Below are positions 12,301-20,000 of a stretch of DNA of 64,000 nt, in pieces. The stretch comes from a virus, in IMG/VR virus record IMGVR_UViG_3300020391_000005, positions 1 through 64,000 of that record. One strand, written 5' to 3'. The notes beneath the pieces were generated by a model. It saw only the letters and a list, made by a program, of their open reading frames with translations. It searched no databases and was not told the origin of the DNA. Position numbers and translations under genes: made by a program. Position 1 is the stretch's first letter, and each line of letters starts with the position of its first letter.

Positions 12301-12900
12301 AAATTGCTCTCTGAAATCATTAAGAAATTTGTTAAACAGTTTCCTTCAATAGTTTTGAGAGGTATAGCAAATGAAATTGATCCTGCTTATAAAGAAATGC
12401 GTCGACACTATCTAGCATGCGAAATAGAAGATTTAAGATTTAAGGGGTTGCATTACACTGGTGGCGAAGGCAAAAATCCTCTCGGACTTAGAGGTGGTAC
12501 AGTTGGCGAGAAGAAGTACATACCTTTGAACGTTGGTTTGCCATACGATATAACCGTTGGTGGCTACAGAGCTATATTTGAAGGGAATCCTAGATTATTG
12601 GCAGCTAGTATTTCTAAGCTTGTAGGTTATATATTTGGCGGCCCATTAGCATTGCTAGACCCAAGTTATGCATTTAGGGTTCCGTGTAAAGATGTAGATA
12701 TTTCTGGTGAAGGTATTTTTAACTGGGAAAAATTTACTATTGGTAATATGGGTAGATATGGTCATCCATTAACTCCAATCACTTTGCTGGCATTGTCAAC
12801 AAAACAACTTCCAGGAGACATAGATCAAAAGAATGCATTCTGTATGGATAGAGAGACTATGTTTAACCCACAATTGTTCTGTTTCGAAACTGAAGAATAG
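3397..12900 (+). CDS. Giant hypothetical virion/baseplate-associated protein (3167 aa)
   Basis: Uninterrupted 9.5-kb ORF between the spike-like gene and gp25; acidic, with scattered Cys clusters; no domain recognised. Confidence 0.85.
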   Translation: MPTIADKIFLITHQNEQITFFPRFMQQKGRDILCVKIALGQVISPPAENRSPSDSTVGTQWFDCDSGKELTIDSGVTFDKKLKRYLMSYQLQNQFLILSYYFEKYSVEKLKTKEDLLKQVYACIAFFDNEFGNINEATLAVLHGWRPDSVFSNKSYSSDEDNPVDQVSGFLWQLCKDGTISFPDDALVEETIEKTPEQLNLWEQTKRDFSTRKQSYRNWALNIESEYPEVYIKYKKADEESLLFSASKNVAEAAIEMQQDEMTPQQKVDLASRAFEPNMAIDPDPFDINSKKIGYFLRTEYTFINLPLFSGDDDFREQTKTLTDSALSEVLKFYNKPVIWGSSFEDPKNVRLYFDNTDSMNLASSSPRVTTNTFIDEMQINEDQYDSLYQDYDSLMNEPLITFVEFRSPSLRPGDVYRAYFEINKEKFDIITTESFENNQQTDFFIPDSKKILQDFSDELNTVYCADDAPLTEEQARNQYARYRAFASKKKLEISRQIRAAYMKAIENGQDIDDVEVDLGVFGKINLSDEEIINTTLNATFLGLSEGVGALLNTDSLSEVKGLIQDDVSNELTLTFEELEIGCKEIAENLANAEPDLKNFDIRNQNGQKYNATGEGNKVKSIPSIIIIMARRNAGLRSSVRDNDGFDDVESYLRGPPGQLFKGPSQRTNIEFKFLINNQGDTEIEHIKVYNKEYSEIGTHYIFRQGTGGTQLLSSLTDSRSVEYLRNIYGMTSLADGVGSYIGQIFDLSGPGCGPAGSQLGLGMAYVKKFTKDIQIAQSFNSYVPLHHWKENVINQAPIKSLEKTTDEIGSYFQRQFSKEAIDTNLLEMTGLADAVPLIGPDCSRESIYHDVAQTFQLKKLICNYAACLKLPDFEFKTPNLNWPDIGEIPIFKINFGLDQLDDFLQQVLTRAICAFINGLLDILKTPFCQEQLAPALYGAGSDTSPIIQRALVDGILDIGIPIGKMENAKSLVDKLLNLLTPREICALLEGKTLNDEVIFLIYRIAEQENLSIEISSPESVIEFFTTLGQFIDEEVCEQLNKFDETLGTYTCTSVSDMLSEIRKSIIKGKEVSAEQINEAVKLANDNLMDKTKALQSLGNGGSLADLIPELYDLDSIVNQNSIPVTAMEKLAASSAFETARLNFLNSMNSFVDSMYLESPRVAEYNDPGYDPEATRIVQRATANLQRLSHFAGTSLESVFSTIREQSTTNYLRRTLLYCSDDYKTQTVQNFLGEDIQIYTPLQIEDENQAGATPDDQKAYLSGSLVRLNDILAQAPDNDENISDVVNKLENRRVLETVFPIVVGSFPNPEDLVGESTPPENITTYRDFLRDVFINPEPDAQAQTDNIEHLNRAYVAKIVSLIDIYKRQIESNIDKAYRIISEPDFLKILKDFYDTSKEVIRLQNNQEIIKVTTEGNTLVTKLSEPSDTYQTSITMIDKPTVGGLEYEITVDDEFFFGGNKKFVGCDTLPEQYSDLFDSSEDIVNPRAKSYRISILKNLQDLYSKYKLSGMPQYSQILQEYPSIENDLEKLSFSNTYEGSLEQLINLVGDSKLFSDSQFVNRMDAKLQSKSYYDPLSLCVKNPRGLPSFGILNFENIVFDIFEEESKKESLLPINSILLQDPLKPGAYEKAIQNTAVRGFVRICLLEMVMKGAVSYSAWDIEYIKNDNFFKEYVYRFIKNQLENQNLFSNNLPDLHRCLERITGKKNIEASLRQIVLEESDFVFKYSKTLYENNKNIDYRMWFLEQLEHVEVPSSKVLDTSLSKNVWISNLEKSVLQQSENNFVFLERYIRIFGALRGSGADASGIAQAQYQSFLQNLDSLNTAVDKTGFNRLGLESYNISDSSSVTISEYVDDDDFPDKELLSISDLTKVINSLFDNNSEINRYFHDLTRRIYNPGNILHSLPRAISRLPAKLIIRKRNRYVFSTNNAFSAHLRNDPDLAPFTQRRFESNIYQDQVEPQRSDGEIDPSVGGAAGLGAEKAQADERFSDEDRYYVIPIDGAQGLPEAESIKAGGQFFTNNPNEDVENFGFEPSAAFSGNEPGLIMKDVVLEGERKRPLDPTASWLNVSDTTSERPPEDVIFKRVPVPRNPNFTTIRKVFDNIYGQVNQEQFNNISNTNQIAEEIWEESVIDLVGDAAPIFNFPGDSKFIPNDHMSTSDKSNLGYYLETASRYYKSGTGRNRGACNFYNSEDRQKIFEQTSFDSGNVFTVQGEVDSEYGAPSPNAVISRPMGLEDHPGGANDLTFASNNVSLGAVPGSPDANWRVKGEHELLGRNDYKVPIRILITQIKEASTGRIMQVFVKYVIPELMDFADTSLNPDRARALKDAAVECLQAFKTFIENGFNDLKNDPGRNGQILRDDGHIANAEDTTPAADLGMRVKANESSKHFCVYLAMGNDRVKVPVLFRQKGAPNFGASSAPSFCSISKFYSIAALNEAKDQKGNFKIDQASIDNHFADPGKLLRNSDYDINSSYSVLDEGRAAFTQHSFYADSVRNIIKVSGVDFDSQSVDDNYDPKRTLVSIGNLVSWFSQKRNDAFWGRTHKTQPDSQAIFTRCGPSLFYGDGRGSIKQFFVAGKEAILNSMRDTPADANIALIDHIQNLYNQDEVDNKTLATRLTTAIADQKQALQFYRTLFETPAGERTEVNNSNFATLAQDPTFGNFDVTQFGYGSDPPRINYSMGHFLNGDDTNLIRVFQGGNSSVKSITYETLQNLNFYKIHNSANTEKYMNTAMNMRARYNAGLEETEILNFMEQILTSFFIQNEDGESVIKNIIQESSIKIGLRAVLATNGDNGNLESFVTKTFNETSQVSEEERTGLVKIGEDNAYENLHCIPIASFEADLLYPSCFNIDNLSGLTEVVDSFKPQLMQGLLDSDQYKQFFDFSIPQKRQASVISLHSTSLLAGYSTMPDVLSSVKDSLAGTFYLAFQTDTTSSSELSFDLSSADLLAVTDQFMTSDGLRIDCMNFPGLGDWMKLLSEIIKKFVKQFPSIVLRGIANEIDPAYKEMRRHYLACEIEDLRFKGLHYTGGEGKNPLGLRGGTVGEKKYIPLNVGLPYDITVGGYRAIFEGNPRLLAASISKLVGYIFGGPLALLDPSYAFRVPCKDVDISGEGIFNWEKFTIGNMGRYGHPLTPITLLALSTKQLPGDIDQKNAFCMDRETMFNPQLFCFETEE

Positions 12901-12902
12901 AT

Positions 12903-12911
12903 ACTACTTAG
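12903..12911 (+). promoter_or_regulatory. Putative late promoter motif (ACTACTTAG)
   Basis: ACTANTTA copy just upstream of the AGGAG RBS of the gp25-like gene. Confidence 0.45.
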
Positions 12912-12931
12912 TAAGAGGAGAGAAGACAACA

Positions 12932-13327
12932 GTGTTTCAGCCAAAGTTCCCATTACAAATTTCAGATTTAGATGGTGCTTATAAATCTATTAAAGATATA
13001 AAAGAAAATATTAAACAAAATGTATTATTTTTATTATCAACCGCGCCTGGCGAATGGCCTGGGAATCCTGAAATTGGAGTAGGGGTAAGAAGGTTCCTAT
13101 TTGAAAACTATCCATCTCCAGAACTTCTTGATTTACATAAAAAAATAAAAGATCAATTTTCTACTTTTTTGCCATTCTTAGATGTACGAAGCGAATTTAT
13201 AGAGAAAGATGGTTATGGTAGAAATTTAATTGAATCAGGAGAACTAAAATTAGTCGTTAAATATAATATTAAACCTTTAGGAGTTGCAGACTCAGTTACT
13301 ATGGGTATATCTGAAGATACTATGTAG
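12932..13327 (+). CDS. Baseplate wedge subunit, gp25/GpW-like
   Basis: IKQNVLFLLSTAPGEWPGNPEIGVGVRRFLFE matches the gp25 family pattern; start moved to GTG 12932 (AGGAG at 12916-12920). Confidence 0.85.
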   Translation: MFQPKFPLQISDLDGAYKSIKDIKENIKQNVLFLLSTAPGEWPGNPEIGVGVRRFLFENYPSPELLDLHKKIKDQFSTFLPFLDVRSEFIEKDGYGRNLIESGELKLVVKYNIKPLGVADSVTMGISEDTM

Positions 13328-13340
13328 AAGATATATTTTA

Positions 13341-13356
13341 CTTAGCACTAATTATT
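13341..13356 (+). promoter_or_regulatory. Putative late promoter motif (CTTAGCACTAATTATT)
   Basis: ACTANTTA copy; shares the CTTAGCACTA prefix with the copy at 54150. Confidence 0.55.
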
Positions 13357-13378
13357 AATGAAAAAGAGGATAATATAA

Positions 13379-15178
13379 ATGTCAAAAAAAATAGTTCCGG
13401 TAGACTACACCAGCGCCGACTTTGAAAAAATAAAAAAAGATCTTTTAAATTACGCAAAAAGATATTATCCAGAAACATATAAAGATTTTAACGAAGTATC
13501 TTTTGGTTCTCTGATGACAGACCTTGTATCTTATGTTGGAGACAATCTTTCTTTTTACCTGGACTATCAAGCTAACGAATCTTTTATAAATACAAGTTTA
13601 GAATATGATAATGTTTTAGCACATGCAAGACAGCTTGGATACAAACATAGTCCTGTTAGAAGTTCAGTGGGAGAAGTAGACGTATATATTCCTGTCCCGG
13701 CAGACAATGCAAATGTCGCCCCAGATTTACAATACTTGCCCAAAATGTTAAAAGGAACCCTTTTTACTACTGTAAGTGGAAACACATTTACACTAAATAA
13801 AGATATTGAATTTTTTTCAAATAGTGTCGAGGTCGTCGGCAGTGAAGTATCTTCGGATGGCTCAAAAACAACCTACTATATACTTAGGGCGAGAGGAGAG
13901 GTGGTATCTGGTCAAGACAAGCAAGCTGTCGTAGAGGTTGGAGATTTTAAGAGATTTTTGAAGTTACCAGTACCCGGAGCAGAAGTTTCAGAAATAATCT
14001 CAGTTGTTGACTCTAACGGAAATGAATATTACGAGGTTGATTATTTAAGCCAAAATACAGTTTATAGATCGGTAGTTAATAGAAATGAGTCATTACCAGA
14101 CAGTTCTGCACCATCAGTTATGAAGCCGTTCCCGGTACCAAGAAGATTTGTTGTGGAGAGAAATGGTCTGGATATGCATCTTGTTTTTGGATATGGCTCA
14201 GAAGCAGAATTAAAAGACAACAAAGTTGCAGATCCTAGTGAAGTAGTTATGCAAATAACAGGTAAAAATTACATTTCTGATGCGACATTTGATCCATCAA
14301 AACTTTTATCAACAGATAAGTTTGGAGTCGCTCCAACAAATACAGATCTAGTTATAACTTATAGAACAAATAATTCAAGCAATGTAAATGCAGCTGCTGG
14401 AACTTTAAATGCAGTTATAGATCCCTTAATAGAATTTAGAAATATACAGAATTTAGATACCGCAAAAATTAATTTTATTTTATCGAATATACAAATCTTC
14501 AATGAGGATCCAATAAATGGCGACATTTCAGTACCAACAACAGAAGAAATAAAAAGAAGAGCAAATGCTGCATTTGCAATGCAGGGTAGAGCAGTAACAT
14601 TACAGGACTATGTTTCTGCAACATATGCAATGCCTGCATCTTTCGGTGCAGTTAAGAGAGCAGCTATTTATAGAGATACTGACGATCTTAGAAGAAATTT
14701 AAATATGTATGTAATCTCAGAAAATTCAGAACAAAAACTTGAAAAATCAAGTACTGTTCTTAAAAATAATCTTAAAACTTGGCTAAATTCAGTTAGGATG
14801 ATAAATGATAGTTTAGACATATTAGACGCAACTATAATTAATCTTGGAGTTGAATTTGACGTGATTGCTCAAAAAGATATAAATAAGAACAATGTTTTCA
14901 ATATAGCGAAAGAATCAATTTTTAAAGAACTAAATGAAATAAAGCCAGAAATTGGTGAGCCATTTCAGATTACAGAAGTATTTAGAATATTGAAAGACGT
15001 TCAAGAAGTTTTAGATGTAGTAAACATAAAGATAACCTCAAAAACAGGATCTCAATATTCAACATTTATGTATGACATAGAATCTAATATATCACCAGAG
15101 GGTCGAACTATTTACATACCACACAACTGTATATGGGAAATAAAATTTAAAAGTGATATAGTAGGGAGTGTAAGATAA
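13379..15178 (+). CDS. Baseplate wedge protein, T4 gp6/baseplate J-like
   Basis: DYTSADFEKIKKDL...KDFNEVSFG...SYVGDNLSFYLD...ARQLGY; FGYG; QGRAVTLQDY. Confidence 0.9.
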   Translation: MSKKIVPVDYTSADFEKIKKDLLNYAKRYYPETYKDFNEVSFGSLMTDLVSYVGDNLSFYLDYQANESFINTSLEYDNVLAHARQLGYKHSPVRSSVGEVDVYIPVPADNANVAPDLQYLPKMLKGTLFTTVSGNTFTLNKDIEFFSNSVEVVGSEVSSDGSKTTYYILRARGEVVSGQDKQAVVEVGDFKRFLKLPVPGAEVSEIISVVDSNGNEYYEVDYLSQNTVYRSVVNRNESLPDSSAPSVMKPFPVPRRFVVERNGLDMHLVFGYGSEAELKDNKVADPSEVVMQITGKNYISDATFDPSKLLSTDKFGVAPTNTDLVITYRTNNSSNVNAAAGTLNAVIDPLIEFRNIQNLDTAKINFILSNIQIFNEDPINGDISVPTTEEIKRRANAAFAMQGRAVTLQDYVSATYAMPASFGAVKRAAIYRDTDDLRRNLNMYVISENSEQKLEKSSTVLKNNLKTWLNSVRMINDSLDILDATIINLGVEFDVIAQKDINKNNVFNIAKESIFKELNEIKPEIGEPFQITEVFRILKDVQEVLDVVNIKITSKTGSQYSTFMYDIESNISPEGRTIYIPHNCIWEIKFKSDIVGSVR

Positions 15179-17007
15179 TGTCAATAAAAAGATATACATC
15201 TATAAAAGATAATACTATTTCATCTGCGTTTAAACTAAACCTATCAAGCCGCGGCACTGATGCAAATATGGGAGCCTCTGATATTTTAGAAATGTATTCT
15301 ATATTTGCACAAGCTAGTTCATCTTCAATAGAGCAATCAAGAATTTTAGTTGAATTTCCTTTAGCTACAATATCATCTCAAAGAGACTCAGGTATAATAC
15401 CTACTTCTGGATCTGTAACTTTTAAACTAAAAATGTTTAATGCTGAACACAATCAAACTACTCCAAGTGATGTTACTGTTGAAACAAGAATATTGACGCA
15501 AAAATGGTCAGAGGGCTCTGGTTTAGACATGGAAAGTTTTTTAGACTCTGGTGCAAGTAGTTGGACATCTGCATCAACTGGCAACGCGTGGTTTACAACA
15601 GGAGGTGATTTTTTATCATCTAGCTATATAGCTTCATCACCAGTCCCGTTATCGTACACTCAATTTTTAAGTGAGGGTACAGAAAACTTAGATATAGACG
15701 TAACCCCAATTGTAGAAGAGTATATTAAAAACGTGAAAAGCACAGGAACAAATGCAACTGGTTCAATAGTGTTTAATACTACACATGCACCATCAGTTGG
15801 CCAATCTTTTAAAATATATACATATCAGGGTGATCACAGAATATTTCAGTTTTCTAATACTTCAGGATCTTCCGGTAAGACGGTGTTTGTCTTAACAGGA
15901 TCTTCTGCCTCTGGATCATCTAGTAATCTTATAGATGCTATTAATACAAATTTGGGGTCCTTTATTGCAGCTACTGGTCAAGACAATGATTTAACAGCTA
16001 GCTTATCTCAAAGGGCGGCAACTTTTTATGGAAATACTATAATATCATCATCCGTTGCCTCAGCAACAGCGTCAGTAACAAACTTTACAGGCGGCTCAGG
16101 CGCGATAAACTATGGCTTTATCTTAAAGCTTAGCGGATCACAAGAAGATGGATCGGCATCTAGATCTTATTATACAAAAAAGTTTTTCGCCAGATCTAGC
16201 CATCATCAACTTGAGAGACCAGTGTTGGAAGCACAGTGGGATTCATCTGTAAAAGATGATAGAGCTGATGTAATAAAATCTAGTAGTCTTGCACCAGCTA
16301 GTGATAATCTTAATAACATATATTTATATAACAGAATAAGAAATAAGTTAGTGGATATTCCTAACACTGGGTCCTTGTTGTTAACAAGATTATTAGCATC
16401 AACAAAAACTGGACTGCCCGTTACAGCATCAGGGCCTAGCGCATCTGGAACTTTTATTACCGCAAGTAAAAATTCAACAGGTATCTACAAAGCTCAATTT
16501 GCTTATAACGGATCAGAAACTACTTTGTATGATGTTTGGCAAGCTTCATCTTCCTCTGGCATAACCACTTTGTTTACAGGATCTGCGATTACTGTCTCAG
16601 CAAAAACGCCAGAATCTTTTTATCAAATACCAACATATTTGACAAAAATAACAAATTTAAAATCATCTTATGCAGCTAATGAACAAGCTACTTTTAGGGT
16701 ATTCACTAGAGACAAAAATAAAAAACCAAATATTTATACGGTTGCAAGTAACCAAGCTCAAGTAACAACCATAAGAGAAGGATATTATAAAATATGCAGA
16801 GTGGCAGATGATATGACAATAATAGATTATTCCACAAGTAGTGTACCTAGTTATTCCTCTTTATCTTATGATGCAAGTGGTTCTTACTTCGATTTAGACA
16901 TGTCAATTTTGGAACCAAACTATTTATATGAGATACGTCTTTTATATAAAGATGAGAATGATTATATAGAGCAGAAAGAAAAGTTTAAGTTCCGGGTTGA
17001 TCCATGA
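15178..17007 (+). CDS. Ser/Thr-rich baseplate/virion structural protein
   Basis: 609 aa; SRILVEF...WSEGSG...W..TGGDF...YGFILK...KKFFAR..RPVLEAQWD resembles DNRLRE/CBM96-like beta sandwiches; translationally coupled to gp6. Confidence 0.7.
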   Translation: MSIKRYTSIKDNTISSAFKLNLSSRGTDANMGASDILEMYSIFAQASSSSIEQSRILVEFPLATISSQRDSGIIPTSGSVTFKLKMFNAEHNQTTPSDVTVETRILTQKWSEGSGLDMESFLDSGASSWTSASTGNAWFTTGGDFLSSSYIASSPVPLSYTQFLSEGTENLDIDVTPIVEEYIKNVKSTGTNATGSIVFNTTHAPSVGQSFKIYTYQGDHRIFQFSNTSGSSGKTVFVLTGSSASGSSSNLIDAINTNLGSFIAATGQDNDLTASLSQRAATFYGNTIISSSVASATASVTNFTGGSGAINYGFILKLSGSQEDGSASRSYYTKKFFARSSHHQLERPVLEAQWDSSVKDDRADVIKSSSLAPASDNLNNIYLYNRIRNKLVDIPNTGSLLLTRLLASTKTGLPVTASGPSASGTFITASKNSTGIYKAQFAYNGSETTLYDVWQASSSSGITTLFTGSAITVSAKTPESFYQIPTYLTKITNLKSSYAANEQATFRVFTRDKNKKPNIYTVASNQAQVTTIREGYYKICRVADDMTIIDYSTSSVPSYSSLSYDASGSYFDLDMSILEPNYLYEIRLLYKDENDYIEQKEKFKFRVDP

Positions 17008-20000
17008 CTAATTATAGAGATAAATTTCAAAATAATCCTACAGAAAAATTGAGTGAAATAGACACTTTAAACAAAAGTAGGGTTTTCAACTTAAATGGCT
17101 CAAAGGTTACAATATCTCAAACAGATAATTCTTATCTTACTGAAGCAGAATCTGAAAGATATGTTAAAGCCTTTATTAAGCAAAAATCTAGATATATCCC
17201 TTCAATAGATTATCTAAATCCATCTACTTTTTGTTTTTATGGTTCTGCAGCAAAGTATTACGAAGACTCTATAAAAAATATTTATAATGCATATCCTTAT
17301 GATGGTTCACGCGCTGAAAAAATGGAGTGGTCAATTTCCGCTTCTCATTTAGACTTGTACATGTTAGAGCATGTGTACCCTAAGAGCACTGGACATGTTA
17401 TATTTGACAGATCTTCAGACACTATTACAAACGATACACATTATCCAACAACCAATAACCCTCAATATATTAAGTTTACTGGTGGTCCACAAATAGGCAC
17501 AATATATAACTCATCAAAAAACCGAGAAGGTAATTTAAAAATAAATGGATCTGTCGGAAACACAGTTGAATTTTGGCTAAAAAAGTCAGCTACATCTTGG
17601 TATGACGCCGGACGTAAAGAAGTAATTTTTGACACGACTACACCAAGTGCAATCTCTGGTGTTCAAACGGGTAGATTATCTATAGAGCTAGAAAATCCTT
17701 CATCAGCAGGGGCGAGTCCATTTTTGTTCACGTACTTATCAGGTACTACAGGAGCTACACAGCTTAGGTTAGGTAGTTCAAATGTTACAAAAAATTCAGT
17801 TGGTGATAATAATTGGCATCATTATGCAGTAACAACCGAAACTAGCGGATCAAATACACTCTACAAACTCTATGTTGATGGTACACTAGACTCAGTATCA
17901 AAGCAATCACACATGGTTGGTCCGGTTGATAGGGCAATGATTGCATCAATTGGTGCCCTCCGATCTGCTAACAGTGTTGGTGGTGCTCTTGGTGCTGGTA
18001 AACTATCTGGATCTATTGATGAATTTAGGTTTTGGAAAGAAACAAGAAGCCAAAAAGATATTGGAAGGTTTTGGTATCATTCTGTTCATGGCGGAACAGG
18101 AGGTAAATATGGAGATCATAACAACGCAAATTTAGGTGTGTATTTTAAATTTAATGAAGGAATAACAAATGTACAAGCTTATGATGAGGTAGTTCTAGAT
18201 TATTCGGGTAGAATTAATAATGGCACATTTGTCAATTGGAATTCAGCAGTTAGGTCTTTAGAATCTGCAATAAATCAATCTTTGTATCTGCCTGAAAAAT
18301 CTTTTACAGAAGTACCTGACCCAATTATTAACTCACAAAACACATTAGTTCAAAATATACTAGATTTGTATAAGACAAAAGGAGAAGCTTTTGACAAACA
18401 AAATAATTCTTCACTGATTAACAGTGTTCCTTCTTTTTTGCCAAATCAAGATAAAAATTTGTTTCCTGAATTGCTTCAAATTATGGCATCATCATTTGAT
18501 GATATATTTTTAAAGATAAAAAATCTACCAAAAATAAAAGATTTTGCATTTCAAGAATTTTTTGAAAATAAAGGCTCGTTTAGAAAATTTGATAATTCAA
18601 AATTTTTATTAGGTTGTGAAGACCAGATTTTATTTCAATTTACAGGAAATCACACAAAACCATGGGTAAATCATATACTAGAACACTTTGGCTTAGTAAC
18701 AACAGAAATATTTCCAAATGCTACATTATTTGAAAATTTTCTAAAAAGATCTGAAAAAGTATCTTTTCAACATGATTTAACAGAAGTTAAGAACTCTATT
18801 CTATCAAATATACATAAAAATTTAATACACATTTATAAAACAAAAGGCACAGAAGAGTCATTTAGAAATTTAATAAGGTGCTTTGGAGTTGATAGTGAAC
18901 TTATAAAACTATATGCATACGGTCATAATGAAGAATATATATTATCAACAAAGCCGATATATGTTTCTGCAAAGACAAAAGCAGCTAGTTTCGAAAAGAA
19001 AAACTTTGAAGCTTCTATACATCAAACAGCATCTTCAAGTGAAGAAATATCATATATTCCTCGCGTAAACAATCCTGTTCCATATACTCTAGAGGCTAAC
19101 ATATTGTTCCCTAATAAAATAAAAGAAGGGGTAAATAACTTTTCTGAGACTTCTTTATTTGGCATGCACTCTGTGAAAGGATCAGATGCTAATCCTGGAG
19201 ATAGTTCTTTAAACTGGTCAGTCCAAGATTCAGGAAGCTTACAGGTACAGTTTGTAAAAAGAACTGCCACAGCAAAAGGAGGATATTTTCAATTAACATC
19301 TTCAGCTGGTGTGATTACTGCTTTAACTTCTGATCATCTAACAAATATTTATGATAATACACATTGGAACATTTCTGTTCGTATAGGTGCTAAATCTGAT
19401 ATAGATTTTAATATAATACCAACAGGATCTTCTACAACTTACTTGGTTGAATTTTCTGGGTACAATTATGATTTAGATGTTTTAAAAAATTCTTTCCATG
19501 TATCAGCTAGTATTAGTAAAGAATTGTATAGAGATATATCGAGACAAGATAAAGCAGTATTTGTAGGTTCTCACTTGCAAAACTTTTCTGGATCTGTGTT
19601 GCAGAGATCTGATGTAAGGATACTGTCATTTAATGCTTGGAAGGATATTCTTAAAGAGTCAGAATTAAAAGAGCATGCTCAAAATCCAAAAGTTTTTGGC
19701 AGAAGAAAGCCTCAAAGTATTTCAAATTTTGATGATGGCTCAAATCTAGTTTCTTCTGATAGTCTCATATTAAGATGGCAATTTGAAAATTTAACTGCTT
19801 CAAACTCTTCAAATCAAATAGACGTAGTTGATTTTTCAAGTGGTTCTTTAGCGTTAGTATCAAGTGATTTTGTAACTGGATATAAATATCCAGGTAAAGG
19901 CATAGATTTTGTTGATCACGATGCCGCGATATCACAAAATTTTATTCCAAGTGTAGAGTATGCTGGACCTGATAACGGTCACTCAAGTGATAGAGTCCAA

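Noticed and set aside
3397-12900. Tape measure protein call for the 3167-aa ORF
   Set aside because: Lacks the Ala/Gly-rich periodic helical character; rich in Pro, Asp, Phe and Cys; left as hypothetical
12833-12931. Track start of the gp25-like ORF (also the track starts at 45250, 46033 and 60266)
   Set aside because: These extensions overlap upstream genes; downstream starts with an RBS or stop-start coupling are more credible
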